Assembly: GCA_903847155.1 (NCBI GenBank)
Contig: CAINCU010000035.1
Span: forward strand, 2,008-66,007
Length of the DNA: 64,000 nucleotides
Source of the DNA: an uncultured Gallionellaceae bacterium
Lineage (GTDB): Bacteria; Pseudomonadota; Gammaproteobacteria; Burkholderiales; Gallionellaceae
Reading direction: 5' to 3'
Every line of letters starts with the position of its first letter. The stretch's first letter is position 1. The position numbers and the translations under genes were made by a program. The notes beneath the pieces were generated by a model. The model saw nothing but the letters and a program-made list of their open reading frames with translations. It was not told the origin of the DNA and searched no databases. This document shows positions 59,603 through 64,000 of the stretch, one piece after another.

Positions 59603-60981
59603 GTTTTCTCCTTCTGTGCCGCGCAAGCATTCACGACACGTTCCATTTTCATAAAGCGCGAGCCTTTTACCAGCACGGTGGTTTGCGCATCCAGTTGCTT
59701 TACCAGTTCGTTTAACAATGCTTCGATGTCGGCGAAATGCTGTGCACCCGCGCCGAATTCGTGCACCGCTTGCACGCTCAATACGCCCAGCGCAAATATT
59801 TTTTCGATACCCAGCTCGCGTGCCGCGATACCGATTTCGCGATGGAACTGATCCGCATCCGCGCCCAGTTCTCCCATGTCGCCCAGCACAAAGATGCGCT
59901 TGCCTGCCGCTTGCGCCAGCACTTCCAGCGCGGCTTGCATGGACGCAGGGTTGGCGTTGTAGGTATCGTCGATCAGCGTCGCGTCATTTATTCCCTGCTT
60001 GCGTTGCAGTCGTCCCGCTACGCCGCTAAAACTTTCCAGCCCGGTTGCAATAATGTCGAACGGAATCTGCACGGCCATCGCAGCGGTAATGGCGGCCAGC
60101 GCGTTGCTTGCGTTGTGCGCCCCCGGCACTTGCAGCTTCAGGTGCAATTCGCCCTTGGGCGTAGATACCTGCAGAATTCCGCCGCCCGCTTCCGCTTGCC
60201 ATTCGCCAAGCACATCGGCGGCATGGGTCAGTGCAAATTCGAAAATGCGATGTCTGCCTGCCATCGTGCGCCACAGAGCGGCATGCTCATCATCGCCATT
60301 GATGACTGCCGTGCCCTGCGCAGCCAGCCCGGCAAATATCTCGCCCTTGGCGCGCGCCACCCCTTCCACCGAACCCAGCCCTTGCAGATGCGCGCCGCTG
60401 GCATTGTTGATCACAACCGCATCGGGGCGGGCGATACGCGTCAGGTAGTCGATCTCGCCCGGATGGTTCATGCCCATCTCGATCACTGCATAAAGATGCG
60501 TCGCGCGCAGCTTGAGCAGGGTGAGCGGCATGCCGATGTCGTTGTTGAAGTTTCCCTGTGTAGACAGCACCATATTCGCGTCGCCCGTCGCTTCGCGGAG
60601 AATGCTCGCCAGCATTTCTTTCACGGTGGTCTTGCCGTTGCTGCCGGTGACGGCAATGACCGGCAGGTCGAAGCGGGCGCGCCAATGCGCGGCAAGTTGA
60701 CCCAACGCAAGGCGCGTGTCTTCCACGATCAGGATTGATGAATTGGGATCGAGGGTTGGGCGGATTTGTTCGTAGCCTTGCGTGCTAACCATCGCGCCTA
60801 CTGCTCCGTTGTTGAGGGCATCGGCAACGAACTTGGCCCCATCGAAATTTTCACCTTTGAGCGCAATGAACAAGTCGCCTTGCTGGATGGTGCGGGTATT
60901 AGTGGATACGGCATTGAAGCGCACTTCCGCACCTTGCATGTCGGCTTGCAATGCTTGCGCGGCCTGAGAGAGCAGCATCAT
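59587..60981 (-). CDS. murF: UDP-N-acetylmuramoyl-tripeptide--D-alanyl-D-alanine ligase
   Basis: 464 aa with VTGSNGKTT and DDTYNANP. Its ATGATG start overlaps the murE TGA. Confidence 0.9.
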   Translation of the reverse strand: MMLLSQAAQALQADMQGAEVRFNAVSTNTRTIQQGDLFIALKGENFDGAKFVADALNNGAVGAMVSTQGYEQIRPTLDPNSSILIVEDTRLALGQLAAHWRARFDLPVIAVTGSNGKTTVKEMLASILREATGDANMVLSTQGNFNNDIGMPLTLLKLRATHLYAVIEMGMNHPGEIDYLTRIARPDAVVINNASGAHLQGLGSVEGVARAKGEIFAGLAAQGTAVINGDDEHAALWRTMAGRHRIFEFALTHAADVLGEWQAEAGGGILQVSTPKGELHLKLQVPGAHNASNALAAITAAMAVQIPFDIIATGLESFSGVAGRLQRKQGINDATLIDDTYNANPASMQAALEVLAQAAGKRIFVLGDMGELGADADQFHREIGIAARELGIEKIFALGVLSVQAVHEFGAGAQHFADIEALLNELVKQLDAQTTVLVKGSRFMKMERVVNACAAQKEKTCCSH

Positions 60982-62501
60982 GTCCGGCGCTCCTGCATTT
61001 TCCACTCGTTCAATGCGCGCTTGGCAATTTCGCAATCCGAGAACGGTAGGCGCACTCCGTTGATCTCCTGATATTCCTCGTGTCCTTTCCCAGCCAGAAG
61101 CACGACATCGCTTGAACTTGCCTGGACGATGGCCAGCGCGATGGCCTCGGCACGGTCGGGTATCACTTGATAGGTTCCCTGCATGCCGACAATGATGGCA
61201 TCAATGATCGCCTCCGGCTGTTCGCTACGCGGGTTATCGTTGGTGACGATGCGCACATCGGCCAGCTTCGACACCACGGTGCCCATCATCGGCCGCTTGC
61301 CGCGATCGCGGTCGCCGCCGCAACCGAATACACAGATAAGTTTGCCGCCGGAGGCTGCAGTCGCTTCACGCAAGGTGATCAGCACTTTTTCCAGCGCGTC
61401 CGGTGTGTGGGCATAGTCCACCACCACGGTCGGTACATCCTTGCCACCCAGCGTCTGCATGCGTCCGGCCACCGCTTGCTGCAAGCCTAGTTCGCGTACC
61501 GCATCGGCAAGTCCCACTTTGCTGACCAGCAGCACCGCCAGCGCGCCGAGCAGGTTGGAGGCGTTAAAACGCCCGAGCAATTGGCTGCGCAATGTTCCAG
61601 CGCCCCAACTGGTATGTAGTTGCAGCGTCAGTCCTTGTGCATCTATTTGCGCGAGATTGCCAAACACCATGCGTATGCCCAGACGCTCTGCCAGTTTCAG
61701 CGACGCGTCGTTCAGACCGTAGCCGACCACTTCCGCGCCACTGTCCTGCAACTGCTCGGCCAGTTCGGCACCGAAAGCATCGTCAAGATTTAGTACGGCA
61801 TATTTGAGCGACGCCCAATCGAACAGGCGGCGTTTGGCAGCGGCGTAGTTTTGCATGTCGCCGTGATAGTCGAGATGGTCATGGGTCAAATTTGTAAGTA
61901 ACGCCACGTCGAAATGCATGCCGTTGACGCGGCCTTGCGTGAGCGCATGGGAAGATACTTCCATCACTGCCGTTTTTGCGCCTTGTTGCGCATACTCCGC
62001 CAGCAGACCATGCACCAGCAACGCATCCGGCGTGGTATTCATGGTCGCTTGCAGCGCACTGGGGAATCCGTTGCCCAATGTGCCCAGCAACGCGCTTGGG
62101 CGACCCAGCGCGCTGAAAGAATTTGCCAGCCAATGACTGATCGATGTTTTGCCATTGGTGCCGGTGATGCCTACCATCCACAATTTTTGCGAAGGCTGTC
62201 CATACACGTGATCCGCGATCACGCCGGCCTGGCGGCGCAAGTCATGCACTGCCAGATGCGGCACGCCACCCTCGCTGTTCCATTGAAAGTTATTCGCATC
62301 CCAGATCACCGCGTTCGCGCCGCGTGTGATGGCTTGTGCGATATAGTGGCGACCATCCGCCTGCGCGCCGGGATAGGCAACGAAGGTGTCACCGGGTTGT
62401 ACTGCGCGACTATCGGAAACCAAGCGCGTGATGTTGACACCGAGCGCTTTCAAATTATCCAGACAAAAATCTTTTCTGAATCTGGTCGCAGGTGTGTTCA
62501 T
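60978..62501 (-). CDS. murE: UDP-N-acetylmuramoyl-L-alanyl-D-glutamate--2,6-diaminopimelate ligase
   Basis: 507 aa with ITGTNGKTS, the DNPR motif (TNDNPRSE) and GKGHE. Confidence 0.95.
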   Translation of the reverse strand: MNTPATRFRKDFCLDNLKALGVNITRLVSDSRAVQPGDTFVAYPGAQADGRHYIAQAITRGANAVIWDANNFQWNSEGGVPHLAVHDLRRQAGVIADHVYGQPSQKLWMVGITGTNGKTSISHWLANSFSALGRPSALLGTLGNGFPSALQATMNTTPDALLVHGLLAEYAQQGAKTAVMEVSSHALTQGRVNGMHFDVALLTNLTHDHLDYHGDMQNYAAAKRRLFDWASLKYAVLNLDDAFGAELAEQLQDSGAEVVGYGLNDASLKLAERLGIRMVFGNLAQIDAQGLTLQLHTSWGAGTLRSQLLGRFNASNLLGALAVLLVSKVGLADAVRELGLQQAVAGRMQTLGGKDVPTVVVDYAHTPDALEKVLITLREATAASGGKLICVFGCGGDRDRGKRPMMGTVVSKLADVRIVTNDNPRSEQPEAIIDAIIVGMQGTYQVIPDRAEAIALAIVQASSSDVVLLAGKGHEEYQEINGVRLPFSDCEIAKRALNEWKMQERRT

Positions 62502-64000
62502 GCATCTTCTCCGACGATTTCTTTCGGAGCCTGGATGACGTTGTTCAGTGGCGCATCGTAGGGGACATCGAGCATGCGCAATGTGGCGCTCATCACTTTG
62601 CTAAAGGCGGGGGCGGCGACCTGTCCGCCGTAATAGTCGCTGCCGCTTGGATCATCCACCATCACTGCCACGATCAGGCGCGGGCGGGATGCCGGTGCCA
62701 TTCCGACAAACGAAGCAACATAGTGGTTCACATATTTGCCGTTCTGCAATTTGTGCGCAGTGCCGGTTTTTCCCGCCACGCGGTAACCTGCCACCTGCGC
62801 CAGCGGTGCAGTGCCGCCGGGTTGCACCACCAATTCCAGCATGTCGCGCACTTCGCGTGCGGTGGTATCCGAGAATATCTTGGTTCCGATAGACGGTATT
62901 TCTTGTTTGAGCAAAGTGACCGGCTTCAATTCTCCGTCGTTGGCAAACAGCGTGTAGGCGCGTGCCAATTGCAACAGGTTTACCGAAATACCGTTGCCAT
63001 ATGCCATGGTGGCTTGCTCGATGGGGCGCAGCGTTTTGTAATCGCGCAATTTGCCCGTTGCCTCGCCCGGGAAATCGCTTCCGGTCGGTGCGCCGAAACC
63101 GTCTTCACTCAGACTCTGGCAGAAAATTTGCGGCGGCAATGACAGCGCCATCTTGGCCGCGCCGACGTTGCTCGATTTCTGTATCACCTGCGCCACGGTG
63201 AGCGAACGCTCCGGGTGCGTGTCGTGAATCTTGCGTCCGCCGATGCTGAGCACGCCATTCTCGGTATTGATGACGGTGTCCGGTTTGAATTTCCCCGTTT
63301 CCAATACCGCAGCGACAGTGAACGGCTTCATGGTGGAGCCCGGTTCGAACAAGTCGGTCACCGCCCGGTTGCGCATCAGGTTCAAGGCCGGTTTGCTGCG
63401 GTTGTTCGAGTTATAGGCCGGCCAGTTGGCCAGCGCCAATACCTCGCCGCTACGCGCATCGAGCACCACGATGGAACCAGATTTCGCATGATGTTGCTCG
63501 ACCGCTTGTTTGATCTCGTTGAAAGCGATGAATTGAATTTTGCTATCGATGCTCAGGGCAACATCGCTACCTTCTTTGGGCGCGCGCAAACTGGCCACAT
63601 CCTCGACGATATAACCGCGCCGGTCTTTAATGACATGCTGGCTGCCTGCTCTGCCGCCCAAACGCGACTGCAATGCAAGCTCGATGCCTTCGCTGCCGTT
63701 GTCGTCCACATCGGTGAAACCTAACAAATGCGAAGTGACTTCTCCGCCTGGATAATAGCGGCGGTATTCACGCTGCAAGGATATGCCGGGGATACCGAGC
63801 AAGATGACTTGATTCGCTTGCTCCGGGGCCATTTGGCGTTTCAGAAAAACAAAATCGCGCGAATCATCGGATAATTTAGCTTTCACTTCTTCGTTGCTCA
63901 AGCCGACAATTTGCGCCAACTGCTTCACTTGTTTTGGCGTCACCTCGACATCAGACGGACTGGCCCATACCGACTCGACTGGCGTGCTAACCGCCAGCGG
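62498..64000 (-). CDS. ftsI: Peptidoglycan D,D-transpeptidase FtsI (PBP3); the 5' end lies beyond the window
   Basis: Transpeptidase motifs STMKP, SSN and KTGT are present. The frame stays open through 64000 (PLAVSTPVESVWASPSDVEV...), so the GTG at 63943 in the ORF track is not the true start. Confidence 0.9.
   Translation of the reverse strand, partial: PLAVSTPVESVWASPSDVEVTPKQVKQLAQIVGLSNEEVKAKLSDDSRDFVFLKRQMAPEQANQVILLGIPGISLQREYRRYYPGGEVTSHLLGFTDVDDNGSEGIELALQSRLGGRAGSQHVIKDRRGYIVEDVASLRAPKEGSDVALSIDSKIQFIAFNEIKQAVEQHHAKSGSIVVLDARSGEVLALANWPAYNSNNRSKPALNLMRNRAVTDLFEPGSTMKPFTVAAVLETGKFKPDTVINTENGVLSIGGRKIHDTHPERSLTVAQVIQKSSNVGAAKMALSLPPQIFCQSLSEDGFGAPTGSDFPGEATGKLRDYKTLRPIEQATMAYGNGISVNLLQLARAYTLFANDGELKPVTLLKQEIPSIGTKIFSDTTAREVRDMLELVVQPGGTAPLAQVAGYRVAGKTGTAHKLQNGKYVNHYVASFVGMAPASRPRLIVAVMVDDPSGSDYYGGQVAAPAFSKVMSATLRMLDVPYDAPLNNVIQAPKEIVGEDA

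Noticed and set aside
1-64000. Search for tRNA, rRNA, tmRNA, integrase, transposase, CRISPR-Cas, restriction-modification, toxin-antitoxin or known anti-phage gene signatures
   Set aside because: None was found by eye. No T-loop-type GGTTCGAATCC motifs were noticed, and no ORF shows integrase or transposase motifs. The window is dominated by housekeeping genes, so I do not claim a novel defence or mobile system.

Overview
The window is a chromosomal core region of a Gram-negative bacterium. Gene order suggests a betaproteobacterium, possibly Nitrosomonadales-like; this is inference from synteny, with no marker gene checked.

Left to right, the content is:
- A redox/electrophile-stress cluster: glutaredoxin-like protein, OYE flavin reductase, two YceI paralogues, pirin and a LysR regulator.
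- A visibly AT-richer islet of orphan secreted proteins at about 4.8-8.5 kb.
- An SDR epimerase and a 2Fe-2S/FNR reductase.
- hemC-hemD-hemX-hemY, divergent from ppc.
- Small envelope proteins, a RIO-type kinase and a DUF2461 protein.
- A second AT-richer lipoprotein/TPR islet at about 20.5-23.4 kb.
- relA and trpG-trpD.
- A large CBS-PAS-GGDEF-EAL protein.
- lgt, pldA and a corC-like gene.
- pilC-pilD-coaE-zapD-yacG and a Nudix/ThiE-like fusion.
- A DUF815 ATPase, argJ, an orphan cNMP-domain protein, secA, an M23 peptidase, a DUF721 protein and lpxC.
- Most of the dcw cluster on the minus strand: ftsZ, ftsA, ftsQ, ddl, murB, murC, murG, ftsW, murD, mraY, murF, murE and partial ftsI.

I found no rRNA, tRNA, CRISPR array, transposase, integrase or recognisable defence or toxin-antitoxin system.

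The most unusual signals are repeat-related:
- A dispersed REP-like palindromic family (core CCCGTCAATAGGCGATCT) has eight core copies. One copy sits in-frame inside the essential murG gene.
- A second palindromic element is translated inside the Nudix/ThiE-like fusion.
- A pair of ~265-277-bp near-identical inverted repeats brackets an AT-rich secreted-protein gene inserted into otherwise conserved synteny.
- A MITE-like element has ~40-bp terminal inverted repeats.
- relA stops just before the expected ACT/RRM domain, at a repeat and islet boundary.
- A secreted protein is built from three near-identical 36-aa Cys-containing repeats.

No claim of a novel multi-gene system is supported by what I can see. 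All homology statements come from reading the translated ORFs, not from database searches.
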